The notes beneath the pieces are model-generated. The model did no database searches and had not been told where the DNA came from. It saw only the letters and a program-made list of their open reading frames with translations. A stretch of DNA of 51,121 nucleotides, taken from NCBI GenBank assembly GCA_031369685.1, contig JANMPD010000008.1:1-51121 (forward strand), in the 5' to 3' direction. Shown here one piece after another: positions 19,015 through 30,382 of the stretch. The position numbers and the translations under genes were made by a program. Numbering within the stretch: position 1 is the first letter of the stretch; each line of letters opens with the position of its first letter. This DNA is from Chloroflexota bacterium. Lineage in GTDB: Bacteria > Chloroflexota > Limnocylindria > Limnocylindrales > CSP1-4.

Positions 19015-20295
19015 ATGCCGACATCGCCCTCCCGCTCCTGGATTCCGCTGGTTGCGGTCTTCTGGATCACGTCCATGGTCGAGGGTCTCGGCGTCAGCCA
19101 GGTCTTCGCGCTCCTGCCGTCACAGCTCTCTACGCTCGGGGTGCCCGATGCGGATCGCCTCTCGTTCATCGGGCTGTTTAGCGCGCTGCTGTTCGTGCTC
19201 GGCATGCCCCTCGTTCCGCTGTGGGGCGTGTGGGCCGACAAGTACAGCCGCAAAGCCGTCATCGTCCGGAGCGCGCTCGTTGAGGCGGTCGTGTTCCTGG
19301 GGATGGCCCTCGCGACCGAGCCCTGGCACGTGGCGGTCAGCATCCTCCTCATCGGGTTCCAGCTCGGCAATACCGGAGTCATGCTCGGCGGCATTCGGGA
19401 CGCAGCGCCCAAGGCCCGAATCGGGACGGTCATCGCGATCTTCGGCGCCTCCGGACCGATCGGCTTCGCGGTCGGCCCGACGCTTGCCGGGATCCTGATC
19501 GACGGCCTCGGCTGGTCCCTGAGCGGTGTGTTCGCGGTGTCGGCGGCCCTGTCGGTCGGCACGGCGCTGCTCGTCGGATTTGGCTCGCGAGAGGTCCGGC
19601 CCGAGGTCGTCCCGGAGGGGCGTGTCCTGACCCTTGCCTTCGGTGCCGTGCGTGGCGTTCTGTCCGACGGCGCCGTCCGCGGCATCTTCCTGATCTTCGG
19701 GACCGCGTTCCTGGCCAACCAGATGTCGCGACCGTACGTTCCGGTGGTCGTCGAAACCATCACGGGCAGAGGCCCGGGTTTGGCCAGCGGGATCGCGCTT
19801 GTCGCGGGAACCGCTGCGCTGGCGGGCGCGCTCCTCGCTCCGTTCGTCGGAGCGCTCGGCGATCGGCTGGGCTATCGCCAGATTCTCGTCGGCGCCCTCC
19901 TCGTCGGGGGAGTGGCCCTCATTGCCATGCCGCTCGCCCCGCAGGTCGGTGGAATCGGGCTCCTGGCGCTCGTGGCGGTCGTCTTCGCCGCGTGCGTGTC
20001 CTCGACCTCGGCGATGGTCTTCAGCCTCCTCGCGACGGAGGTGTCGCCGGAGCGCCGGAGCCAGACGCTGAATCTCGTCTACCTGCCGCTGTATGCCGCC
20101 GGGATCGTGGGTCCCGCGCTCGGCGCGATCGTCGTCCAGGCCGGGCTGCCCGCCCCGTTCTTCCTGGGCGCCGCGACGCTGCTGATCGGCGGCGTCGCGG
20201 TGGCACGGCGCCGGGATCGTGGGTCACGCCGCGCGTCGCCGGCAGCGGAGCTCGCTGCGCAGTTGGCCATCGTCGAGGCCGAAGAGGCTGGCTGA
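19015..20295 (+). CDS. MFS transporter (about 12 TM)
   Basis: WGVWADKYSRK and GALGDRLGYR motif-A loops; hydrophobic helices. Confidence 0.85.
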   Translation: MPTSPSRSWIPLVAVFWITSMVEGLGVSQVFALLPSQLSTLGVPDADRLSFIGLFSALLFVLGMPLVPLWGVWADKYSRKAVIVRSALVEAVVFLGMALATEPWHVAVSILLIGFQLGNTGVMLGGIRDAAPKARIGTVIAIFGASGPIGFAVGPTLAGILIDGLGWSLSGVFAVSAALSVGTALLVGFGSREVRPEVVPEGRVLTLAFGAVRGVLSDGAVRGIFLIFGTAFLANQMSRPYVPVVVETITGRGPGLASGIALVAGTAALAGALLAPFVGALGDRLGYRQILVGALLVGGVALIAMPLAPQVGGIGLLALVAVVFAACVSSTSAMVFSLLATEVSPERRSQTLNLVYLPLYAAGIVGPALGAIVVQAGLPAPFFLGAATLLIGGVAVARRRDRGSRRASPAAELAAQLAIVEAEEAG

Positions 20296-20381
20296 TCGTC
20301 ACGCGAGCGCAAACATCAGTCCGATCGCTGCGACAAAGCTGATTGAAATGGCTCGCTGGCTCCGGCCGTCCAGCCCGACTC

Positions 20382-20807
20382 CTAGGGGAGGGCGCGCGCG
20401 AGGACGAGGAATGAGCCTCCTCCGAAGCAGACCGCGTAGCCGTGCAATCTCGGGAATCCCCTACCAGGATTGACAAGAATGTCGCCGTTACGGGCCGCGA
20501 CCTGGCCAGTCGGATCGAGGACCAAGGTGTCCCCCGGTTGGCCGCTTGCGAAACCATTGGACCACCAGACCAGATAGGTCGTCCCGTCCCGCCCGATCGC
20601 GAGGACATTCTCGCCGGCAGTCGAATCCATGCGAAGCGTGACGCTCGGCGGCATGTTGGCCATCAAGCACGGCGCGTCGGCCGGTGCGATCCGCAGATGA
20701 AGCGCTCGCGGGGTTTGGGACTCCGTGGTCGCGGGATTGTCCGAGGGTGACGGCGCCCCGCATCCTGCCAAGAGGCACACCAGAACACAGATCATGCGAC
20801 GCCACAC
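20382..20807 (-). CDS. Hypothetical lipoprotein
   Basis: Signal with lipobox LLAG-C, S/T/P linker; fills the gap downstream of citrate synthase; start GTG 20807 or ATG 20795. Confidence 0.6.
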   Translation of the reverse strand: MWRRMICVLVCLLAGCGAPSPSDNPATTESQTPRALHLRIAPADAPCLMANMPPSVTLRMDSTAGENVLAIGRDGTTYLVWWSNGFASGQPGDTLVLDPTGQVAARNGDILVNPGRGFPRLHGYAVCFGGGSFLVLARALP

Positions 20808-20815
20808 TTCGACAC

Positions 20816-21940
20816 TCAGGCGGGGAGGTCGCGCTCGGGTGGGCCCGTGTATATCGCGTTCGGGCGGATGAGGCGGTTGTCCGCGGCCTGCTCGATGATG
20901 TGGGCGGTCCAGCCGGCGTGGCGCGCGAGCGCGAAGGTCGCCGGGAAGAGATCCGGTGTGAGGCCGACGCCCTGGAGGACGGCCGCGGCGTAATACTCGA
21001 CGTTCGTCTTGAGCGGTCGATCCGGATGCTTCTCGGCGAGGACCCGGAGGGCGACATCCTCGACCTTGATCGCGAGGTCGAGCCAGTCGGGCTTGTGGTC
21101 CATCGCCTCGACCACCTTGCGCAGGGCGGCCGCTCGCGGATCGTAGGCGCGGTAGACGCGATGCCCGAAGCCCATCAGGCGCTCGCCTCGATCGATCGCG
21201 TCACGGACCCACTGCTCGGCGCGTTCGGGTGAACCGACCTTGTGGAGTTGCTCGACGACCTCGGACGGGGCGCCGCCGTGGAGCGGCCCCTTCATCGCAC
21301 CGATGGCGCCGCCGACGGCAGACGCGATGTCGCTCCGGGTGGAGGTGATGACGCGGGCCGCGAAGGTCGATGCGTTGAGCCCGTGCTCGGCCCCGACCAC
21401 GAAGTACGCATCGAGGGCGCGGGCGGTGCTCGCGTCGGCTCGCGCTCCCGTGAGCTGGTACAGGTAGCCGGGCACGAGGTCGAGGTCGGGATCCGGCTCA
21501 ACGGGCTCAAGCCCCTGGCGGATCCGCGCGAAGGCAGCGAGTGCCGAGGGCGAGAAGGCAGTCAGCGCCCGCGCCTGCTCCGCGGTCGGCGGCCACTCGA
21601 GGACCTGGGTGGCACCCCACACGGAGACCGCGGTTCGAAGCGCGTCCATCGGCTTGGCCGAGGTCGGCAGCGCTCGAAGGGCCGTCATGACCGACGGCGG
21701 CACTGCCGAGGTCGCCAGATGGTGGCTCGGCTCCCAGTCGCCGGTCCACAGCAGGTTCGCCACGGCGGGATACGACCCGTGTTCAACGAGGTCGCCAATT
21801 CGGTACCCGCGGTAGGTGAGACGACCGGCTGCCCCGTCGACGTAGCCGAGTGCTGTTTCCGCGGCCGGGACGCCCTCGAGACCGGGTGAGTAGGGATACG
21901 CGGGAGCCGCGGCCGGAGTCGGCGCGGTCGTGTCACTCAT
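20816..21940 (-). CDS. Citrate synthase (short, CitA/2-methylcitrate synthase-like)
   Basis: PGLEGV, GRLTYRGY, AEHGLNASTF, GPLHGGA, MGFGHRVY, DPRA, TNVEYY; ATG 21940 has TACCAT 6 nt upstream. Confidence 0.9.
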   Translation of the reverse strand: MSDTTAPTPAAAPAYPYSPGLEGVPAAETALGYVDGAAGRLTYRGYRIGDLVEHGSYPAVANLLWTGDWEPSHHLATSAVPPSVMTALRALPTSAKPMDALRTAVSVWGATQVLEWPPTAEQARALTAFSPSALAAFARIRQGLEPVEPDPDLDLVPGYLYQLTGARADASTARALDAYFVVGAEHGLNASTFAARVITSTRSDIASAVGGAIGAMKGPLHGGAPSEVVEQLHKVGSPERAEQWVRDAIDRGERLMGFGHRVYRAYDPRAAALRKVVEAMDHKPDWLDLAIKVEDVALRVLAEKHPDRPLKTNVEYYAAAVLQGVGLTPDLFPATFALARHAGWTAHIIEQAADNRLIRPNAIYTGPPERDLPA

Positions 21941-22025
21941 ACCGGGATGGTAGTCGCGCGGCCAAAATCGCGAAGGGCCGCAAGTCCCTTCCTCGTGTGC
22001 GGGTGGGCGTGCTACCTTCGCGTTC

Positions 22026-24074
22026 ATGACGTCCCAGCGGCCTCCGCGCAGTTCCCGGTCCGGCTTGCCGAAGGCCGAAGGGCTCAAGCTGCCCAAGCCC
22101 GATGCGATCCAGCCTGGCGAACTGGCCGCGGGCCGGATGGCCCTCGCGGAGCGGCGCTGGTCCGATGCCATCGGCCATCTCGAGGCAACGTCACGGACCC
22201 AATCACTCGATGGCCACGATCTCGACGGTCTCGGCGAGGCATCATGGTGGCTGGGCAGGCTCGGCGATGCCATCGCCTACCGGGAGCGCGCATTCGCGGC
22301 CCACGACGCTGCAGGCGATCGGATCAAGGCCGCGGCGACCGCGCTCACCCTCGTCACCTATCTCTCTCAACAATCCGAGAGTTCGATCGCCGCCGGCTGG
22401 CTGCGACGAGCCGAACGACTCCTGGACGGCCAGCCAGAATCCGTTGTGCACGGCTGGCTGCTGCGGCCTCGCCTCAACCAGGCAATCGGACGTGGCGACC
22501 TCGAGGCGGCGCTCGCGCTGGCCGAGCAGATCCTCGAGGTTGGCGTGCGGCTGGACGACCGTGACCTTGGGGCGATCGGCCTCCAGGACCGCGGCCGCGT
22601 GCTGGTGGCCCTCGGGCGTGTGGAGGAGGGCATGGACGCCCTCGATGAGGCGGTCGTGATGGCTGTTTCCGGTGATGTCTCGCCCTACCCGACGGCAATG
22701 GTCTATTGCAACGCAACTATCGCCGCCGAGGATCTGACCGATTTCAGGCGCGCCGGCGAGTTCGCCGAAGCTGCCCAGCGGTGGTGCGACCGACAGGCCA
22801 TCTCCGGATTCCCGGGTATGTGCCGGGTGCGTCGCGTGGAGATCATTCGTCTGCGCGGCGCCTGGGCGCAGGCGGAATCGGAAGCCCAGCGTGCCTGCAA
22901 GGAGCTCATCGAATTCCAGCCGAGCTACGCCGGCGAAGGGTTCTATCAGATCGGCGAGATCCGTCGTCGCATGGGCGATCTGGCCGGCGCCGAGGATGCG
23001 TTCGGTCAGGCGCACCGGCTCGGCCGCGACCCGATGCCGGGACTGGCGCTCGTCCGCCATGCGCAGGGTCGGAGCGAGGCGGCCGCGAGTCTCCTGACCC
23101 GGGCGCTCGCCGAACCCGGGCTCACCCCGCTTGCTCGGGCCAGACTCCTGCCGGCGGAAGTCGAGGTGGCCATCGCGGTCCGGGACATCGGCCGTGCCGA
23201 GGCCGCCGCCGGGATGCTGGAATCGGCAGCGTCGATCTACCAGACAAACCTCATGCGTGCGGAGGCTGGTGTTGCCCGGGGCCTCGTTGGCCTCGCGACC
23301 GGAGATCCAGAGGCGGCGATCGGCGTGCTCCGGACCGCCATCCGCGAATGGCAGGCCACCGACGCGCCGTACGAAGCGGCACTCGCTCAAACAGCGCTCG
23401 GCGAGGCCTATATCGCGGTCGGTGACGACGATGCCGCCGCGATGGAATTCTCAACGGCGGGGGCGACTTTTGCGTCGCTCGGTGCCGCGATCAGTCTCCA
23501 GCGGATCACGGATCTGACAGCCCCTGAGATCTCAAATGACGCCACCCAAGGGAGATCTGGGGCGAAATCGGGGCGGTCGCGTCGTGCGATGCGGACGTTC
23601 ATGTTCACCGACATCGTCGGCTCTACCGGGCTCATCGACGCCGTGGGTGACGAGGCCTGGGGCCGCCTCCTCGCGTGGCACGACGCCACGATCCGGGCGC
23701 TCCTTCGGTCGCATCGCGGGCAGGAGGTTCACCACGCCGGCGACGGGTTCTTCGTCGCCTTCGAAACGGCCGGCGACGCGCTCGCTTGCGCGATCTCGAT
23801 CCGCCGCGCCTTTGCGGATCACCGCCGCGAACATGGGTTCGCGCCGTCGATCCGGATCGGCCTCCATGTCGCGGAGGCCCTCCACACGGCCTCCGGCTAC
23901 GAGGGAGGCGGTGTCCACGCGGCAGCACGGATCGGCGCACTCGCCGTCGGGGAGGAAATCCTCGTCAGTCGGGCGACGCTCGAGTCGGTTGCCGGACCGG
24001 TGTCACATGGCCCGTGGCGGACGGAGCGCCTGCGCGGCTTCCGGACGCCGCTTGACCTGGCCTCCATCGACTGA
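22026..24074 (+). CDS. TPR-like helical sensor fused to a C-terminal class III nucleotidyl cyclase
   Basis: Long Ala/Leu/Glu helical-repeat region; C-terminal MFTDIVGST, GDGFFVAF, RIGLH, VHAAARI, EILVS. Confidence 0.85.
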   Translation: MTSQRPPRSSRSGLPKAEGLKLPKPDAIQPGELAAGRMALAERRWSDAIGHLEATSRTQSLDGHDLDGLGEASWWLGRLGDAIAYRERAFAAHDAAGDRIKAAATALTLVTYLSQQSESSIAAGWLRRAERLLDGQPESVVHGWLLRPRLNQAIGRGDLEAALALAEQILEVGVRLDDRDLGAIGLQDRGRVLVALGRVEEGMDALDEAVVMAVSGDVSPYPTAMVYCNATIAAEDLTDFRRAGEFAEAAQRWCDRQAISGFPGMCRVRRVEIIRLRGAWAQAESEAQRACKELIEFQPSYAGEGFYQIGEIRRRMGDLAGAEDAFGQAHRLGRDPMPGLALVRHAQGRSEAAASLLTRALAEPGLTPLARARLLPAEVEVAIAVRDIGRAEAAAGMLESAASIYQTNLMRAEAGVARGLVGLATGDPEAAIGVLRTAIREWQATDAPYEAALAQTALGEAYIAVGDDDAAAMEFSTAGATFASLGAAISLQRITDLTAPEISNDATQGRSGAKSGRSRRAMRTFMFTDIVGSTGLIDAVGDEAWGRLLAWHDATIRALLRSHRGQEVHHAGDGFFVAFETAGDALACAISIRRAFADHRREHGFAPSIRIGLHVAEALHTASGYEGGGVHAAARIGALAVGEEILVSRATLESVAGPVSHGPWRTERLRGFRTPLDLASID

Positions 24075-24128
24075 TCGCTGGCTGGTGCTCGTATGGGCGG
24101 CCGGCCGGGCGGCAATTCGGCGGCCTGG

Positions 24129-24554
24129 TCAGTGGGCGGCGTCGACCTCCGACGCGCGGATTCGTCGGGCGAGTCCGTCGAGGATCTGAAGACGGAACGC
24201 CGGCTGCTCGTCCATCAGGGAATGAAATTCACGGTGCCCGAGGACGAAGAGTTGGCAGGGCTCTGTGGTGGTCACGGTGGCCGTCCGGGGACCCTCGGAC
24301 AGCAAGGCGATCTCGCCGACCACGTCGCCGGGCCCGCGATCCGCAATGTGGGCCCCGTTGCGCTCCACGGTGAGTCGGCCGCTGGCAACGATGAACATCT
24401 CCCCGCCCGTCTGGCCCTCGCGCATGAGGACCTGGCCGGCCGGGACGTCGACTTCGTCGAAGAGCTGACCGAGACGCTCGATTTGACGCGAATTGAGACG
24501 TGAGAAGAGCGGGATCAAGCGAAGCAACTCCAACTTCGCGTCGGTGGGCGACAT
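24129..24554 (-). CDS. Stand-alone cyclic nucleotide-binding domain protein
   Basis: IPLFSRL, LMREGQTGGEMFIVASG, GDVVGEIALLSEGPRTATV; no HTH. Confidence 0.9.
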   Translation of the reverse strand: MSPTDAKLELLRLIPLFSRLNSRQIERLGQLFDEVDVPAGQVLMREGQTGGEMFIVASGRLTVERNGAHIADRGPGDVVGEIALLSEGPRTATVTTTEPCQLFVLGHREFHSLMDEQPAFRLQILDGLARRIRASEVDAAH

Positions 24555-24665
24555 CGCGTTCCTCGATAAGGGCTTCGGTCTGATCGGGCCGTGGGCAAAG
24601 GCAGGATAGCGGTTCGATCACCACCCGGGAAGCCCGTTCGCGACCATTCGCCGACCAGGGCTGGG

Positions 24666-25493
24666 TCATTGCCCGTCGAGGAACGACTCGACGGCCGTGA
24701 CGAACGCATCGGGGTGCGTGTGGTGAGCCGCGTGCGCGGCGCCCTCGATCCGCACGATGGAGCCACGAGCGAGGCGCGTGTTGAGTGCAATGGTCGCGGC
24801 CTGGAAGGCGGGACTGCTCGCCGTCCCCAGGACCTGGAGGACGGGAACGCCCACGATACCGAGGGCGTCGAGCGAAGCCGCAGGTTCGCGCTCAGCGTCG
24901 AGCTCACGCAGGATCGTGGGGCTCGCGGCCACGCGGAGTGGCCAGATGGGGTCCGTGCGGAAGCGGTCCATGCCCGCGTCGTCCATGCCGACGACCTCGC
25001 GCATGAACGTCTCGAGGACAGCCTCGCGGTCGTCGCGAGCCAGATATCCCCGCAGGCGATCCGCGAGGTCGGCCGTCTGATATGGCCGGGCAGCGGACGC
25101 CGGGGCGCCCTCGTAGCAGACGATGCTGCGAATGACCGGCGCAAGGAGCGAGGCGCCTAGCGCGCAACGCCCGCCGAATGAGTGGCCGAGCACGTCAACG
25201 CGGCCGCCTGCCTCGGCGGCGACCGCCTCCGCCACCGCGGCGAGGTCTTCGAATTCTCGCTGGATCGAATAGGCGTTCGGGGCATCCCCCGAACCGCCCC
25301 GGCCCCGTCGATCGATGGCAAACAGCCGTCGGCGCGCGCCCAGCAACGGCGCGACGACGCGGAATGTGAGGTGATCGGCGGTCGTGCCGTGAACGAGGAT
25401 CAGTGGACGCGTCCCCGCCCTGGCCGACCCGGACGCAAAAACCGCGATCTCGGTGCCATCACGGGACGGCACGAGCTGCCCCGCGGTGTTCAC
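24666..25493 (-). CDS. Alpha/beta hydrolase
   Basis: SRDGTEIA, LVHG, DRRGRGGSGD, GHSFGG nucleophile elbow, C-terminal His; start GTG 25493 inferred. Confidence 0.85.
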   Translation of the reverse strand: MNTAGQLVPSRDGTEIAVFASGSARAGTRPLILVHGTTADHLTFRVVAPLLGARRRLFAIDRRGRGGSGDAPNAYSIQREFEDLAAVAEAVAAEAGGRVDVLGHSFGGRCALGASLLAPVIRSIVCYEGAPASAARPYQTADLADRLRGYLARDDREAVLETFMREVVGMDDAGMDRFRTDPIWPLRVAASPTILRELDAEREPAASLDALGIVGVPVLQVLGTASSPAFQAATIALNTRLARGSIVRIEGAAHAAHHTHPDAFVTAVESFLDGQ

Positions 25494-25497
25494 CGAA

Positions 25498-26334
25498 CTA
25501 CGGGCTCCGGGCCGGGGGCGGTCCCGACTCGCCCGTATCGGGAGCGGCGGCTTCGTGGCGCAGGACCACGCTCGACGGGAGGCCGGCGGCAGCATCGGTA
25601 TCCAGCAGCCAGACCGCGCCATCCCGTCGCGCAAGCTGCGCAGGCCACCGCCGCGCATCGGCTACCGACCCGAACAACGTGCCGACGATGCTCGCTTTCG
25701 CCGCCCCATGGACGACCACGAGCGGAAGCCGAGCCGCCGCGACAAATGCGGGGTGCAGGGTCACGCGCGCGACGCGGGGCGCAATGTGGGTCGGCGCCTG
25801 CACGGGCTGGACCCAGCGGGGATCGTCCCAGGTCGGGGAGTTGGGAAAGACCGAGAACACGTGCCCATCTGAGCCTACCCCGACGAGGATCACGTCCATG
25901 CGTGGGTACCCGGCTCCATCGAGATCGATACCGGCAGCACGGAGCGTCGCCTCGTACCGCTCGGCAACGACTTCGGGGCCATTGCCGGCCTTCATCGCAT
26001 CGGCGATCGGGATCACGTGGACCTGATCCAGGGGCACGGGCACATCGCGCAGGAGGATGTCCCAGCAGGCCATCGCATTTGACAGCACGTCGTCCGGGGG
26101 TACCCAGCGGTCGTCGCTCCACCACAGGTGGACGTGCTCCCAGGGCACGCTGTCGCAGAGCGGGGAATCCGCGAGGTGCCGGTAGATCTGACCGGGCGTC
26201 GAGCCGCCGGTCGTCACCCAGTGCGCGACGCCGCGCTTCGCGACCGCATCGACAAGGGCGTCGGCGATCCGGATGGAGGCCGCGTGCGATACGTTCATGG
26301 GCATCGGCAACACGATGACCTCGGGCTCGCTCAC
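25498..26334 (-). CDS. pgl: 6-phosphogluconolactonase
   Basis: TGGSTP, WWSDDRWVP, SN, GVGSDGHVFSVFP, RVTL, GAAKA; downstream of zwf-opcA. Confidence 0.9.
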   Translation of the reverse strand: MSEPEVIVLPMPMNVSHAASIRIADALVDAVAKRGVAHWVTTGGSTPGQIYRHLADSPLCDSVPWEHVHLWWSDDRWVPPDDVLSNAMACWDILLRDVPVPLDQVHVIPIADAMKAGNGPEVVAERYEATLRAAGIDLDGAGYPRMDVILVGVGSDGHVFSVFPNSPTWDDPRWVQPVQAPTHIAPRVARVTLHPAFVAAARLPLVVVHGAAKASIVGTLFGSVADARRWPAQLARRDGAVWLLDTDAAAGLPSSVVLRHEAAAPDTGESGPPPARSP

Positions 26335-27590
26335 GATGGCGGCACCAGGTCGGCGGCCGCGAGCAGGGCGGCCACGGCTACGGGATCCAGACCGACTGAC
26401 TCGATGGTTTCGGCCAGCAGTTCCACCTCGGTACGTCGAGGTGCCATGAAGCGTCGGACCGGCATGGCCACGCCGTCGAGCGAAGCCGCAACCATGACGG
26501 CTTCCGCCTCGGCAGACACCACGACCTCGAGGGCCGTGCCACGTCGTCGGGCGAACAACTCGACGGTGAGCGTCGTGCCGGCGGGCATGCTCGATGCCAT
26601 CGGGCTCAGCCTTACGCCGACCCGCCGACGCCCAACGCGGAGCTCGCCCACCAGCGCCAGCCCCAGGTCATCGTCCGGTCCTGGCCCGGTGACGCCGACG
26701 CCGGCCCCGATGGTGCCCGGGCTCGCCCGCAGCGGCGCCGCGACGACCATGCCCAGACGTGATGCCAGCCAGCCCACGTGGTACAGCGGCTTGATCAAAT
26801 TCGTGCCGCGTGCACCCGATCCCGAGTGGGCGGCATAGCGCACGCTGATGTCGGTGATGCCGGTGAGAAATGGCCGCAACTCGGGACGGTCGAAGCTCGA
26901 CGCGATTGCCTCACGCCAGCGCGACTGCCGGATCATCGCGAAGTCGGAGATGGCGAGCGACTCGGTGCTCGACTGATGGTCGGCGACGACGCGAGCCAGC
27001 GCCCGAAGGCGATCGAGCCCGTCACCCGACCACTGTGAGCCGTCCACCACGAGGCGATCGGCCATGTCCAGCATGTCCCGGGCCTGGCGCGTGCCGAGGG
27101 GCGGATCCCCCGGCCACCAGACCGTCACCGGCAGATCGTGGACCAGGAGGGGCGCGACGATAGCGGCGACGTGGCGTCCGGTCTCGCCGCCCGCAACGAG
27201 ATCGATGAACTCGGCGCAGGTCTCTGCGGCATCGGGCCGGGGCAGAACGCAGTGCGCCTGGATGTGCGCATCGAGCCACGACGGACCGTCCGGATCGGCG
27301 CTCGAGACGATCAGGGTGCGTGAGGGGTGCCGGCCGGTCAGCATCCGGATCACCGCCGCGGCACGTGCCCCGATCTCCGGCTGCCGGGCGATCACCACCA
27401 GGTTGAGGACGCTCGTCCGGGCGGCGATCCGCCGCTCCGGGTCGCCGTCGTCACCCGTCGTTGTCAGCGGCGCGGAGGACCAGACCTTGGCGAGTTCCGC
27501 TTCGATCCCGGCGAGAGAATTGGTGCGCGACGACCAGCGAAGAACGGGTTGTCCGACCATGGGCGCGTCCTGGATCCCGATCTCTTCCAT
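26331..27590 (-). CDS. opcA: Glucose-6-phosphate dehydrogenase assembly protein OpcA
   Basis: RTSVLNLVV, RHPSR, PLLVHDLPVTVWWPG, DRLVVD, SRWREAIA; directly after zwf; start uncertain. Confidence 0.85.
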   Translation of the reverse strand: MEEIGIQDAPMVGQPVLRWSSRTNSLAGIEAELAKVWSSAPLTTTGDDGDPERRIAARTSVLNLVVIARQPEIGARAAAVIRMLTGRHPSRTLIVSSADPDGPSWLDAHIQAHCVLPRPDAAETCAEFIDLVAGGETGRHVAAIVAPLLVHDLPVTVWWPGDPPLGTRQARDMLDMADRLVVDGSQWSGDGLDRLRALARVVADHQSSTESLAISDFAMIRQSRWREAIASSFDRPELRPFLTGITDISVRYAAHSGSGARGTNLIKPLYHVGWLASRLGMVVAAPLRASPGTIGAGVGVTGPGPDDDLGLALVGELRVGRRRVGVRLSPMASSMPAGTTLTVELFARRRGTALEVVVSAEAEAVMVAASLDGVAMPVRRFMAPRRTEVELLAETIESVGLDPVAVAALLAAADLVPPS

Positions 27591-27598
27591 GGTCGTGG

Positions 27599-29218
<1,620 letters not shown>

Positions 29219-29219
29219 G

Positions 29220-30119
29220 TCAGCTGTTCTTGACCGCGTGTCCGCCGAACTCGTTGCGGAGCGCCGCGAGGACCTTGGCACCATAGCTGTCGTCCTGGCG
29301 CGAACGGAACCGCGTCTGCAGCGCGATCGTGATGACCGGCGCCGGGACATCGCGATCGATCGCCTCCTGGACGGTCCAGCGGCCCTCGCCGGAATCGGCG
29401 ACCCAACCCTTGAGGTGCTCGAGGTCCTGGCCCTGGCCTTTGTAGGCGAGCCCGAGCAGTTCGAGTAGCCAGCTGCGGACGACGCTGCCGTGCATCCAGT
29501 TGTCTGCGATCGCCGCAAGGTCGAGGTCGTACTCCGAGGCGTGGAGGATCTCGAATCCCTCCGCGTACGACTGCATCATTCCGTACTCGATCCCGTTGTG
29601 GATCATCTTCACGTAGTGGCCGGCGCCGGGCGGGCCCGCATGAATGTAACCGCCGTCGGGCGCGAGGCTCAGGAAGACCGGCTCCAGGGGCGTCACCGCG
29701 GCCTTGTCACCGCCGACCATCAGGCAGAAGCCGACCTTCAAGCCCCAGATCCCGCCGGACACGCCGGCATCGACGTACTGCACGCCCTGCTTCGTGAGGT
29801 CCGCGTGACGCCGGACGTCGTCGTGGAAGTTGGTATTGCCGCCGTCGACGATCGTGTCGCCCGGCTCGAGGTGCTCCATCAGCTCCGCGATCTGGGCCTC
29901 GGTGGCGTCGCCCGCCGGGACCATGATCCAGACCGTTCGAGGCTTCTCGAGCTTGCCCACGAGCTCCGCGATCGAGAACGACGGTTCGGCTCCCTCGGTC
30001 GCGAGCTCCTGGGTCTTCTCGGGGCTGCGGTTGTAGGCCACGATCTGGTGGCCGTCCTGCATCAGCCGGCGGCACATGTTCGCCCCCATCCGGCCAAGTC
30101 CGATGAACCCGATGCGCAT
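29220..30119 (-). CDS. gnd: 6-phosphogluconate dehydrogenase, decarboxylating (short type)
   Basis: IGLGRMG, MVPAG, DGGN, DAGVSGG, GHYVKMIHNGIEY, DSGEGRWT, LRNEFGGH. Confidence 0.95.
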   Translation of the reverse strand: MRIGFIGLGRMGANMCRRLMQDGHQIVAYNRSPEKTQELATEGAEPSFSIAELVGKLEKPRTVWIMVPAGDATEAQIAELMEHLEPGDTIVDGGNTNFHDDVRRHADLTKQGVQYVDAGVSGGIWGLKVGFCLMVGGDKAAVTPLEPVFLSLAPDGGYIHAGPPGAGHYVKMIHNGIEYGMMQSYAEGFEILHASEYDLDLAAIADNWMHGSVVRSWLLELLGLAYKGQGQDLEHLKGWVADSGEGRWTVQEAIDRDVPAPVITIALQTRFRSRQDDSYGAKVLAALRNEFGGHAVKNS

Positions 30120-30382
30120 GTCGCGACGCCTCCGATGCAGGTGGCGGCGCGACTGATGTGCGGTCGCCGACCTTGCACCAAGTCTACGCGCGGACCGTTC
30201 CTGCGCAGAAGCGGCATGGCCTGAGGCTGCGAGGTACTCCCTGGGCAGCCCCCGCGCCCGCTGGTTCCTGCCCGGCGCGCCCGCCTGCGTGGCATCCGGC
30301 GCGCCAAGCGTGGCAGCGTTGGGGTCCAGCGCGTCTGGCGTGGCAGCGCGTCGCCCCGCCGCCCGGGCTCCGCGACCGACCC

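Noticed and set aside
18948-19763. Long N-terminal extension of the Rieske ORF
   Set aside because: It is antisense to the MFS gene. ATG 18947 has an AGGAGG SD.
20816-21940. Inactive citrate synthase because NVDFY reads NVEYY
   Set aside because: As I recall, Glu occurs at this site in CitA-type enzymes, and the catalytic His motifs are intact.
22026-24554. Pycsar or CBASS-type defence system
   Set aside because: The genes are convergent, the cNMP protein has no TM or TIR effector, and the cyclase carries a long TPR-like sensor.
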